Shown in pieces: positions 1 to 8,725 of a stretch of 61,679 bases of DNA. The position numbers and the translations under genes were made by a program. The notes below the pieces were generated by a model. That model was not told the DNA's origin and searched no databases. It saw nothing but the letters and a program-made list of their open reading frames with translations. This DNA is from Gemmatimonadota bacterium. Its GTDB lineage: Bacteria; Gemmatimonadota; Gemmatimonadetes; Gemmatimonadales; GWC2-71-9. The DNA lies in contig JAZDCY010000069.1 of NCBI GenBank assembly GCA_036679645.1, positions 1 through 61,679 of the forward strand, read 5' to 3'. How positions within the stretch are numbered: position 1 is the stretch's first letter; each line of letters starts with the position of its first letter.

Positions 1-147
1 CGGCTCACCCAGATCACTGTGCCGGCGGTCGGAACGGTTCAGGTCTTCCAGAGCCAGGACGCCGCGACGACCGCGTGGAATGTCGACAGCATCGTCGATC
101 CCGACGGGTTCGTCGAGGTAGTGTCCCTATCTTTGTGTAATTGCTGA
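1..147 (+). pseudogene. RHS/YD-repeat protein fragment, truncated at an IS-like end
   Basis: Frame 1 reads RLTQITVPAVG...VDSIVDPDG, resembling YD-repeat 'RLTSITDPxG' motifs; it runs into an IS-like end at 117 and stops at 145-147. Confidence 0.45.
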
Positions 148-280
148 CCCTCGACAAGGGAGAGGAAAAAGAGGAAGCTCCTCGGGTGCAGGTGAACCCG
201 AACTCCGACCGCTGTAGAAGCAGCGATCAGAAAAGGAGCTTCCTCATGAAGGACGTTGGCGAGTTGCCGGTGGTGGCCCT
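117..280 (+). mobile_element. IS256-family left-end remnant
   Basis: GGTAGTGTCCCTATCTTTGTGTAA (117-140) resembles IS256-type IRL; inverted repeat GAGGAAGCTCCT (171-182)/AGGAGCTTCCTC (234-245) covers the RBS before ATG 246; no transposase body follows. Confidence 0.5.
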
Positions 281-683
281 AGCTCGGCGCGAAGGGAGGC
301 CCTCGGTTATTCACAGCTCCGCCGACGTGGTTGGTGTGATCAATGGGTGGGTAGCCTCTACAGCCGACCTTGCGACCCGATTCTGCGCAGAAGTGCTTCC
401 GGTTCTGGGCCGCGCACGGACCCTCAAGCCGCGCACCCTGCTTTACGCTGGGCCGGACTACTGGCGGACGATGGGGTTTCAGGCACCCGGCCCGCCGTGG
501 AGAGACCGCGTAACCGGCCCGGTGAGCCTTCAGGCGAATTCCGCGGGATGGACCGTTCAGCTGTGGGCGGTCGAGCCCGGACAACTGACTGAGTATGAAT
601 GCACTCTCCGTCCGGGACAGAGTCTCATGTTGGTTACCATCGACTCCCTACCGGGAGCGGGTGTCCCACCCTACGATCCTTGA
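246..683 (+). CDS. hypothetical protein (possibly IS start fused to an RHS immunity-like fragment)
   Basis: ORF with AGGAG RBS and ATG at 246; no recognisable motif. Confidence 0.35.
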   Translation: MKDVGELPVVALARREGRPSVIHSSADVVGVINGWVASTADLATRFCAEVLPVLGRARTLKPRTLLYAGPDYWRTMGFQAPGPPWRDRVTGPVSLQANSAGWTVQLWAVEPGQLTEYECTLRPGQSLMLVTIDSLPGAGVPPYDP

Positions 684-808
684 GATCCGCGTGGAACTGA
701 GCCACAGGCCGGCCCACGGAAGAGCACGGCGAGGGACACTGAGGGGCCTTCTGGCTCACTCCGCTATCTCGACGGGTCAGCCCCGCCAATGGTATCTTTG
801 GTGAGCCT

Positions 809-1089
809 ATGCGTCTTCGAGACCGTGTACTTGAGCTTCGCGAGCCCATTCGTGCTGCTGCCGCGGCAAATGGCGCGCAGCACGTCCGACTGTTCGGCTC
901 CGCTGCGCGCGGGGAGGATACGGCCGGCAGTGACATCGATTTCCTCGTCACCCTTGAGCGGGGAAGGACACTGCTCGACCTCGCGCGGCTCGAGTTGCAG
1001 CTCGAAGCGTTGATCGGATGTGAAGTCGATGTCATAACCGAAGCCGGCCTGCGGGAGCCATTACGCACGAGCGCGCGACCCCTGTCTGA
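809..1089 (+). pseudogene. minimal nucleotidyltransferase (MntA-type antitoxin), frameshifted at its 3' end
   Basis: VRLFGSAARGED..SDIDFLV and EVDVIT motifs; natural-looking end (ATPV-TGA, 1087-1089) is in another frame, so the ORF reads on into the HEPN gene. Confidence 0.8.
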
Positions 1090-1427
1090 AAAGGGCGCCG
1101 TCGGGCGCCTCCGGCACATGCTCGAAGCGGCCGATGCCATCATCGGATACACCAGCCGTGGACGAGAGGCGTTCGACCGCGACCCTGCGCGATGCGGTAC
1201 TCTACCAAATCGTTGTGCTCGGCGAGGCGGCGAAGGCCGCCCTCTCGGCAGATCCGTCGCTGGAGACAAGCCTGCCGAGCGTTGAGTGGTCGCCGATTGC
1301 CCGGATGCGTGATCGGGTCGCACACCACTACTGGGCGACGGACCGTGAGGTTGTGTGGCAGACGGTTACTGTTGCGGTCCCGGAACTGCGAGAAGCTCTG
1401 GCGGCTGCGCTAGACCGTCTGACGTAG
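1082..1427 (+). pseudogene. HEPN/DUF86 (HepT-like) RNase toxin, split by a frameshift near 1185
   Basis: N-part RLRHMLEAADAI in one frame; C-part LRDAVLYQIVVLGEAAK...W..IARMRDRVAHHY (RX4H motif) in another. Confidence 0.8.
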
Positions 1428-1512
1428 TCCTGCACGCGGTGATGAGCAGGATAGAGACGAAGCTGGAGGCAGGAAGCGTCGAGGTCATTCCGAGCCCGCG
1501 TCGACAAGGCCA

Positions 1513-1737
1513 TTCACGCAGGAAGACCCTATCGGGTATGCGGGGGGCTCCAACCTCTATGCGTACGCCGGGAACAACCCGGTCTCATACAGTGACCCCT
1601 TTGCGGGTTGCAAGAAGGATGAGGATCCGGACTGCAAGAAGCAGGACGACTGGGCCAATCCGACTGGAAAGGGTAGTTCCGCCCGGGTGAGGCCGCGCTG
1701 CTGCTGGATGGTCCGGAGGCGCTTCCGAATGCCTTGA
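1513..1737 (+). pseudogene. orphan RHS repeat-associated core C-terminus
   Basis: Frame 1 reads FTQEDPIGYAGGSNLYAYAGNNPVSYSDPF, the hallmark RHS core end; no start codon or upstream core. Confidence 0.8.
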
Positions 1738-1809
1738 CAGCCCCCTCGCCAGTGGCCCCGCGTGACGTCCTAAGTCCAGGGGCCTGGTATTCTCGCGTGG
1801 GCCATACTA

Positions 1810-1823
1810 GGTTACATGTAACC
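1810..1823. promoter_or_regulatory. palindromic operator of the TA operon
   Basis: Perfect 14-bp palindrome GGTTACATGTAACC, 17 nt upstream of the antitoxin ATG and next to a -10-like CATACT. Confidence 0.6.
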
Positions 1824-1840
1824 ACTTCATTGGAGTGTAC

Positions 1841-2053
1841 ATGGGCTCGTCAAAGCGCTCGAACACCTCGCGGGACAAGGTACGGGCCCACCGCGCTCGG
1901 CTGCGGCAACAGGGCTTGCGCCCAATCCAGATCTGGGTGCCGGACGTTCGGTCTTCGGCCTTCACGGCCGAGGCACATCGACAGTCCTTGGCCGTCGCAA
2001 AGAGCCGTCACGCCGCGGCCGATCAGGAATTCATCGACGCCATCTCGCAATGA
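1841..2053 (+). CDS. DUF3018/MazE-like antitoxin
   Basis: RDKVRAHRARLRQQGLRPIQIWVPDVR motif; ATGA overlap with the toxin. Confidence 0.9.
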   Translation: MGSSKRSNTSRDKVRAHRARLRQQGLRPIQIWVPDVRSSAFTAEAHRQSLAVAKSRHAAADQEFIDAISQ

Positions 2054-2394
2054 AGCGAGGCGAGATCTGGACGGTCGCGGGCGGCAAGGACTACGCGGGC
2101 AAGCCACGGCCTGCGGTGATCGTTCAGGATGACCGCTTTGACGCGACGAGTTCGATCACCGTCTGTGCTTTCACGACCGACCCGACCGACGCTCCGCTTT
2201 TCCGGCTCCCCGTGATACCCAGCGAACGCAACGGACTGCGAACGCCGTGCAGCCTGATGGTAGACAAGATCACCACGGTCCCGAAGGGGAAGCTTGGATC
2301 GCGGACGGGCCGGCTGGATGATGAGGATCTCCTGCGGCTGAATCGTGCGATCGTGGTGTTCCTCGGACTGGCAGGAGGATCGCGCGGGGCATAG
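2050..2394 (+). CDS. PemK/MazF-family endoribonuclease toxin
   Basis: MKRGEIW...GKPRPAVIVQDD...SLMVDKITTV motifs. Confidence 0.92.
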   Translation: MKRGEIWTVAGGKDYAGKPRPAVIVQDDRFDATSSITVCAFTTDPTDAPLFRLPVIPSERNGLRTPCSLMVDKITTVPKGKLGSRTGRLDDEDLLRLNRAIVVFLGLAGGSRGA

Positions 2395-2817
2395 AGGCAC
2401 GATCCGTATCCGGGCGATACGGTGGATGCCGGGCCGCCCATCGAAGAGCGTCGCCACGAGTTGCGGCCTACGTGTCGGAGGTAAGCGCCGCCGACAAGCC
2501 CGACTTCGTCCTGCGAGAGACCCAATCATCAACCCTGCGGACCTTTGGCGTAGCGGGCGGTGTGACTCAGTTCCTCAACTCGCAGGGACGCGAGGTGGCG
2601 GCCGGGCCAGGCGCGCAGGGCGGGCGCACGGGACCCAATGACGAATGCCCAAACGGCGTCCCCGTCCGCGAGCTCCTATCGGCTCTCTCGGAGGGCACTT
2701 CTCGCGGGACACCGTTTTGCTAGACGGAAGGGTAGGAGCGTTAGCACGTCGGGGTCGTAGCCGAATCGGTCATCCCATGGCGTGTGCGCCACCAACACGG
2801 GGCGTTAGATTCGGACC

Positions 2818-3183
2818 ATGCCCAACCGAGCGCCGGACTGGCTGGCTCAAGCCCATCGAGATGCCGGGACATTTCACGAATGGGCCTGTTTTGCGGCCCA
2901 ACAGGCCGCTGAAAAGGCCGTGAAGGCCCTGGCTGCTGCTCTCGGCGGCGAGGCGCGCGGCCATTCCATCGTCGCTATCGCCATGGCCATGCCGAATCCC
3001 CCCGGGTTTTCCGTGGAGTTAGTCGACTGCGCGCGGCGCCTTGATCGCTTCTACATCCCCACGCGATACCCGAACGGATTCGCTCAGGGTGCCCCGCAGG
3101 ACTACTTCACCGAGCGGGACGCCCAGGAGACGGTGGCCGATGCGGAACGCATTCTCGCTTACTGCGCCAGTCACATTTCTTGA
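2818..3183 (+). CDS. HEPN domain protein (N-terminal helix looks shortened)
   Basis: HEWACFAAQQAAEKAVKAL, GHS and YIPTRYP motifs. Confidence 0.85.
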   Translation: MPNRAPDWLAQAHRDAGTFHEWACFAAQQAAEKAVKALAAALGGEARGHSIVAIAMAMPNPPGFSVELVDCARRLDRFYIPTRYPNGFAQGAPQDYFTERDAQETVADAERILAYCASHIS

Positions 3184-3520
3184 CGCGGAGTCGGTGCTGG
3201 CGCGGCTGCGCCGGGCATCCGAAGCGTTGTGTGCCCGTGACAGCAACGTGCTCGGCGTACTCCTGTTCGGGTCGCTTGCGACGGGAACGGCTACGCCAGG
3301 AAGCGACGCCGACTTGCTAGTGCTCCTGTGCAGCGACGCCCGACGGCTGGTTGATCGGATTCCGGACTACAGCCGGCCGTTCGAGATGCCGGGGTTCGGT
3401 GTTGACGTTTGGCCGTGGACGCAGGGCGAACTGGGGCGTCGGCTAAGAGGTGACGATCGATTTGCGCGAGAGCTTCTTGAGACGGGGCTCACGCTCGCGG
3501 GCACGATTACTCCCGCGTGA
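3140..3520 (+). CDS. minimal nucleotidyltransferase (MNT)
   Basis: LLFGSLATG...SDADLLV and GVDVWP motifs; overlaps the HEPN gene. Confidence 0.85.
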   Translation: MRNAFSLTAPVTFLDAESVLARLRRASEALCARDSNVLGVLLFGSLATGTATPGSDADLLVLLCSDARRLVDRIPDYSRPFEMPGFGVDVWPWTQGELGRRLRGDDRFARELLETGLTLAGTITPA

Positions 3521-3548
3521 TGCCCGTCGGCCGGTCCCGCCGGCGCAT

Positions 3549-3690
3549 TGTTAACGGCGGGCACAAATTGCACATGATCGGCGGCCAAAATTGCACACTT
3601 GGTCTCGACCGGGCCGAGGTGCGGCGCATGGTTCACCTGTCCTGCTCCCGCTAAGAGCTGCCGAGGTCCATATGCAAGAAAGCCGATCAG
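3549..3690 (+). mobile_element. IS21-family terminal remnant
   Basis: TGT start followed by two direct repeats CGGCGG(N2-4)AAATTGCACA (3555-3574, 3579-3597), the architecture of IS21 ends; GAGG and ATG at 3672 may be a truncated istA start. Confidence 0.55.
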
Positions 3691-5620
3691 CGAACACCTT
3701 CGCCTCAGTGAACAGCCGGAACAACTCCTGGTCCAGCATCCCGCCCCCCACCTCGGACTCGAGGATGTCGAGCGCCTTGGGGACCGGTACCGCGCGCTTG
3801 TAGGGACGGTCCGATGCCGTGAGCGCGTCGAAGATATCCGAGATCGTCATCATGCGCGTCTGGATGGGAATCTCGGGGCCGTTCACCTTCCTTGGATAGC
3901 CGCGGCCATTCAGCTTCTCGTGATGGCCGTACGCAATGTACGGCACGTTCTTCAGCTCTTTGGTCCACGGGATCTGCAGCAGGAAACGATAGGTGTGCGA
4001 GACGTGGCTCTCGATCTCGAGCCGTTCCTGCTCGTCCAGGCTGCCCTTGCGAATCGTGAGGAACCGCACCTCGTCATCCGACAGGAAGTGCTGTTCGTGC
4101 CCCTCGAGGTCGGTGTAGCCCCGCTCGGCGTACCGGACGAGTTCCTCGAAGTTGCCTTCCGGCAAGATGGTGGGCTCATTCGAGTCGAGCACGAGCTTCA
4201 TGAACTGATCCAGCTCACCGAGTCGTTTCTCGTGTTTCGAACGGAGGTCGTTCAAGAACTCGGCGTATCCCGTGTTGCCGTGCTCCTCGAGGAAATCGGC
4301 GCGCGCCCGCTCGAAGTCGGTGTCCGCAGTGCGGCGGATGAAGGCGAACCGCTGGCGTAGTAAGGCGAGGTCGGTCGCGTACAGCTTCTTGGCTTTGACC
4401 AGCACCTGTTCGCGCACGCCCACCTTGCCGAAATCGTGGAGCAGGCCGGCGTACCGGATCTCGCGCAACTCCTCGCGAGAGAACGTCACGTGCTTGTAGG
4501 CACCGTCGCCGGCCCGATCGACCGTCTTGGCCAGAGCCACCGTCTTTGACGCGACTCGTCCCGAGTGACCGAACGTCGTCGGGTCACGTTGCTCGATGGC
4601 GGTGACAGCCGCCTGCACGAAGCCGTCGAAGAGCATCTCGATGCTGGCGTAAAGCTGGCTGTTCTCAATCGAGACCGCTGCCTGTCCCGCCAGGGAGGAA
4701 ACCAGTTCCACGGTCCGGTCGTCGAAGCTGATGACCGTCGACTCGAAATCTTCGGGAGCGGTGAGTTTCGCCTCGAAAGTAGACTTGCGGTTCAACAGCT
4801 GCAGGACCCCGATGATCTCGTCCTTGTGGTCCGTCATGGGGATCGTAAGCATCGATTTCGTGCGGTACCCGTACTTCTCGTCGAACGATCGGTTGATCGA
4901 GTACTCCACATCCGGCGGTAGCTCGTACGCATCGTCAATCATCAGCGGATCGCCGGTAGTAGCCACGTACCCGGCGATACTGGCCTTGCTCAAAGGGATG
5001 GTGAACTCGACGAACGGGATCTCGGGTCGCGAGTGGTTCTGCGTGAGTTTGAAGCGGAGCTGCTTGCTGGTGTCCTCGTCCTCCTCGGTCTCCTCTACCA
5101 GGTAGAGGCTCCCGGCATCGGCGTTGGTCATCCGCCGCGCCTGCGAGAGAATCAGCTCGAGCAGCGTGTTGAGATCGCGCTCCGTCGTGAGGGCCATCCC
5201 GATCCGCGTCAGCTCGCTCAACTCTCGGGTGCGGCTCTCTGCCTCCTGACGCGCTTGCGCCGCCTCGGTGCGCGCCGCCGTCTCCCTGAAAGCGGAGCGT
5301 AACGAGACCAGAAGTTGCCGCGTCCCAAATGGTTGTGTAAGGAAGGCGGCGACCAAGTCGGCCGGAAGTGCGTCCGGCAGGTCATTCTCGCCATCCTTCC
5401 CGATGGCGAGGACGGCCCCACCTTCATCGACGAAGCGCCGCAGGTCCGCAGTCGGAAACCGGTCGCGACTCTCGGCGTCGAGCACGAGCGCCGTTGGCAC
5501 CTCGCGCATCCTCAGCTCGCCCGGCATTGTGACGTTGACGGCATCGACATGATCCGCGGCGAGCGCCTCGCGGATCGTGTCCGTGGAGAAAGTCGGTGGG
5601 TGCAGAAGCACGAATCTCAC
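3551..5620 (-). CDS. GAF + HD-GYP cyclic-dinucleotide phosphodiesterase
   Basis: GAF (YRTKSMLTIPM...IIGVLQLLN), LHDFGK, HHEKLNGRGYP, DIFDALT..RPYK. Confidence 0.93.
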   Translation of the reverse strand: MRFVLLHPPTFSTDTIREALAADHVDAVNVTMPGELRMREVPTALVLDAESRDRFPTADLRRFVDEGGAVLAIGKDGENDLPDALPADLVAAFLTQPFGTRQLLVSLRSAFRETAARTEAAQARQEAESRTRELSELTRIGMALTTERDLNTLLELILSQARRMTNADAGSLYLVEETEEDEDTSKQLRFKLTQNHSRPEIPFVEFTIPLSKASIAGYVATTGDPLMIDDAYELPPDVEYSINRSFDEKYGYRTKSMLTIPMTDHKDEIIGVLQLLNRKSTFEAKLTAPEDFESTVISFDDRTVELVSSLAGQAAVSIENSQLYASIEMLFDGFVQAAVTAIEQRDPTTFGHSGRVASKTVALAKTVDRAGDGAYKHVTFSREELREIRYAGLLHDFGKVGVREQVLVKAKKLYATDLALLRQRFAFIRRTADTDFERARADFLEEHGNTGYAEFLNDLRSKHEKRLGELDQFMKLVLDSNEPTILPEGNFEELVRYAERGYTDLEGHEQHFLSDDEVRFLTIRKGSLDEQERLEIESHVSHTYRFLLQIPWTKELKNVPYIAYGHHEKLNGRGYPRKVNGPEIPIQTRMMTISDIFDALTASDRPYKRAVPVPKALDILESEVGGGMLDQELFRLFTEAKVFADRLSCIWTSAALSGSRTGEPCAAPRPGRDQVCNFGRRSCAICARR

Positions 5621-6513
5621 GGCTGCCCTTTCGACGAATCGGGCTCAGGTGGACGCACGCCTGTCAGCAGGCGCGTGGGACGGCGACTCACCTGATCCGC
5701 GAAATGTTCCATAATACGGGCGGCGCGCAATAGCAGGTCCGCGGTCTCACGGATGACGTCCTCGTTCGTGCTGGCGATTGAGTGGGCCGTGGTCACCAGT
5801 GTGTCCATCTTGCTGAGTAGGCGACGCGTGTCGGCGAGCGTTGCGGCGATGGAATCCTGCAACGGCCCCACGCGCGGCCCGATATCGGCGATGAGCGCAT
5901 CGGTGCGCTCGAGATTGGAGTTGAGTCGCGTGAGCGCCTGCTGCACGAGGGGCCCCGTTTGACGCATGAAATCCTGGGCCTGCGTTATGGCAGCGTTGGT
6001 CCGCTCCATGAGCGCGCGCGTGTCCTCGAGCGTGGTCTTGAGGCCCGCGTTGAGGTCGGTCGCGATCCCGCTCAACGCGTCGAGGACGTCTGGCGGCCGT
6101 TCGGAGACCAGTGTGTCGCCGGGTTGCATGAAGATACCCGGAGGCGGGTTGTCGGGTAGCTGTAACTCGATCACCAGTGGGGCGATGGGCGTCGGTTGTG
6201 ACAGCACGGCCCGTGTGCCACCCGGTAACTGCAACTCGGCGCCGTTTGGAAAACGATCCTGCATGCTGAGGCGGACGATGAAGCTGACATTACCCTGTTC
6301 CAGCACCGGGCTCACCTGCCGCACCCGACCGACACTCAGGCCCTGAAGCACGACTCGTGTGTCCTGAGTCAACGCTGCGGCAGACGCAGCGCGCATGAAG
6401 AGATCGTAGCGCTCCTCGCCCAGACCGCTCGTCACGATGACGGCACCCGTCACGACGCCCACGCTGACGAGAAGGAAGAGGCCCACGAGAAAATCGGTGC
6501 GCTGTGTGTTCAC
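5617..6513 (-). CDS. MlaD/MCE-domain protein with coiled-coil extension
   Basis: N-terminal TM (VGLFLL), MCE motif L...TRVVLQGLSVGRV, long helical tail. Confidence 0.9.
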   Translation of the reverse strand: MNTQRTDFLVGLFLLVSVGVVTGAVIVTSGLGEERYDLFMRAASAAALTQDTRVVLQGLSVGRVRQVSPVLEQGNVSFIVRLSMQDRFPNGAELQLPGGTRAVLSQPTPIAPLVIELQLPDNPPPGIFMQPGDTLVSERPPDVLDALSGIATDLNAGLKTTLEDTRALMERTNAAITQAQDFMRQTGPLVQQALTRLNSNLERTDALIADIGPRVGPLQDSIAATLADTRRLLSKMDTLVTTAHSIASTNEDVIRETADLLLRAARIMEHFADQVSRRPTRLLTGVRPPEPDSSKGQP

Positions 6514-7217
6514 CTGGAATCGGGTTCGGGTTCGGTTCGCAGTTCACCCCGTACGATACGGTGCCGCACGTCAATGCGGCTGCGCAGCCGGTCGGGCAAG
6601 TCCTGACCCGTAATGAAGACCGCGCGGCGCGCTCCCTCAGCCGTTTCGCCACCGCGCGCGATCTCGAGGACCTCCGAGGCGGCGCGGCTGCCCAACCCGT
6701 CGAACGGGTGATCCATGATCACGAGATCGGGATCGAACGCGAGGGCACGCGCAAGGCTCGCACGCCGGCGCTGCTCCTCGTCCGCGTCGGCCGGCCGCAG
6801 CGTGGCCGCGCCCTCCCTGAGCCGCACCGCCGCGAGCATTATGCGAAGCCGCCCGTCGATCTCACGGGGTGAGAGCGAACTCCCGAACCGGAGCGGGAGT
6901 GCGACGTTGTCGGCCAGAGAGAGATTCTGGAGCAGGCCGTCGTCCGCCGGAACGTATCCCACCTGGCGGCGGAACGCGAGCGCAGCGCGGCGGGACAGTG
7001 TCTGCACGTCCTGTCCGAAGATCAGCACCCGGCCGTTCGCGGTCTGTTCGAGACCAAGTGCGCGCGGGGCTAGCCCGTTCACGCCGGTCACCGCATCGCC
7101 AATGAAGGAGACGACCTGGTGGGCGTGGACCGTCAGCGAAACATGACCCCCGGATACGCCCCGGAGCGGGAAGTTCTCGACCACGAGTGGGTCCGAGGCC
7201 TCGATGGGAGCCGTCAA
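6510..7217 (-). CDS. MlaF-like ABC ATP-binding fold, catalytically degenerate
   Basis: LSLADNVALPL and LARALAFDPDLVIMD scaffold retained; Walker A, Q-loop, signature, catalytic Glu and H-switch all altered. Confidence 0.85.
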   Translation of the reverse strand: MTAPIEASDPLVVENFPLRGVSGGHVSLTVHAHQVVSFIGDAVTGVNGLAPRALGLEQTANGRVLIFGQDVQTLSRRAALAFRRQVGYVPADDGLLQNLSLADNVALPLRFGSSLSPREIDGRLRIMLAAVRLREGAATLRPADADEEQRRRASLARALAFDPDLVIMDHPFDGLGSRAASEVLEIARGGETAEGARRAVFITGQDLPDRLRSRIDVRHRIVRGELRTEPEPDSR

Positions 7218-7996
7218 AACGTGAACACGACGAACAGGGCCGAACAGACGAAGATCGCGACGATGCTCAGCACGACCGCACGGCTCGATGCCACGGGCAC
7301 CTCGGTCGAGCGGCCATGCACCCGCAACCCGTAGAAACTTGGCACGATCCCGATCACGATGCCGAACACGAGCCCCTTCGCAATCGTGAGCACGACGTCG
7401 CGCAGCGCGAGCGAGCTGAGCACGATGTCGAAGTACCGCGCGCTGCTCATCCCATTGGCGCTAGCCGCAACGAAACCGGCGACGATGCTCACGATATCGA
7501 AGAGAATCAGGAGCCCGAACACCGAGATGATCGCGGCGGCGAGGCGGGGCAGCACCAGGTAGTGCAAGGGGTCGATCCCCATGCCCTCCAGGGCGTGGAC
7601 CTCACCCATCACCTTGTTGGTCGCCAGCTCGGCAGCAATTGCGGTTCCCGAGCGGCCGGCCACGAGAAGCGCGGTCACGAGCGGCCCCAGTTCACGCACA
7701 ATGGCGATCACCATGAGCTGCCCGATCAGTTCGGTCGCCCCGAGCCGGCCCAGCTCACGAACGGCCTGCGAGATGACGAGGAACGAGAGGATGCCCGCCA
7801 GGACAATGACCAGCCCGACGGCCTGGAGCGCAGTGAACCACACCTGATTCAGTAGGATGCGCCACGCCACCCGCCGGCCGGCGCGTGGAAGTGAGGGGAC
7901 GGCGGTCAGCGTTCCAAGGAAGAAGCGCGCCAGTGCCCCACTCTGGGCGATCCGACGCGCCACTCCTCGACCAACTGCTGCGATCGGCGCGGTCAC
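7214..7996 (-). CDS. MlaE-family ABC permease
   Basis: RELGPLVTALLVAGRSGTAIAAEL..EVHALEGMGIDP..YLVLPR. Confidence 0.95.
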   Translation of the reverse strand: MTAPIAAVGRGVARRIAQSGALARFFLGTLTAVPSLPRAGRRVAWRILLNQVWFTALQAVGLVIVLAGILSFLVISQAVRELGRLGATELIGQLMVIAIVRELGPLVTALLVAGRSGTAIAAELATNKVMGEVHALEGMGIDPLHYLVLPRLAAAIISVFGLLILFDIVSIVAGFVAASANGMSSARYFDIVLSSLALRDVVLTIAKGLVFGIVIGIVPSFYGLRVHGRSTEVPVASSRAVVLSIVAIFVCSALFVVFTF

Positions 7997-8008
7997 GCGC
8001 CTAAAGTG

Positions 8009-8710
8009 CTACCCGCGGCCGAGCTGCTGCAAGGCTTGGTCGACTTCCGTGTAGCTCGGGAAGACCTCCTTGGCCTGGGCGAATAGCTCCGCCGCACGCT
8101 CTGTGTTGCCCCGATCGGCGAACAGCAGGCCGCGCGTGTAGAGCGTCACAGCCTCCGCCGGGATGTCGCGGTTCCGGCGCGCTTCACGCACGGAGGCCGG
8201 CAGGGCGGGGAGGCTCAGGTTCTGCGTGAGGTTCTCGGCCGCCTCGACCACGATGTCGTAGAGGTCCTCACGCTTCTTGCGCAACCGCTCGGTGCGCACG
8301 ACCTCGCTTGTTTCGACGTTGACCACCCGCAGGTCGAGTCGGAAATCGCCGTAGAAGTCGACGAACCCGCCCATGATGACGTAGCGTGCGCCGACGATGC
8401 GGCCGAGCCGCGCCGCGGTACTGGCATCCACGCGACCGGTTGATCCCAGATCCTGCTCTTCCATGATCTGGCGAATCTGTGTCCGGTCTACCACGCGGAG
8501 GGCGGGGTTCTGCGCAAACTCGGTCGTCAGCATCTGCTGCAGGCCGATCGTGAGCGCCTCGAAGTTCTCGGCATCCTGGCCATAGGACCCGCCGTTCTCG
8601 ATGGGGAACACCGCGATCCCCGGCCGCGTATCCTGCGCCTCGACCGGCTGGGTCAGGGACGCCGCGACCCCGACCACGAGGCCCATAGCGAAAAGGGAAC
8701 GCCAGTGCAT
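8009..8710 (-). CDS. CsgG/HfaB-like exported protein with C-terminal TPR
   Basis: Signal peptide; IAVFP, VVDRTQIRQIMEEQDL, AARLGRIVGARYVIMG, LRVVNVETSEVV; GAAGGAG RBS before ATG 8710. Confidence 0.85.
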   Translation of the reverse strand: MHWRSLFAMGLVVGVAASLTQPVEAQDTRPGIAVFPIENGGSYGQDAENFEALTIGLQQMLTTEFAQNPALRVVDRTQIRQIMEEQDLGSTGRVDASTAARLGRIVGARYVIMGGFVDFYGDFRLDLRVVNVETSEVVRTERLRKKREDLYDIVVEAAENLTQNLSLPALPASVREARRNRDIPAEAVTLYTRGLLFADRGNTERAAELFAQAKEVFPSYTEVDQALQQLGRG

Positions 8711-8725
8711 ATCTCTCTCCTTCAC

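Noticed and set aside
2472..2723. 83-aa ORF as a gene
   Set aside because: No RBS or recognisable motif; at most a relic
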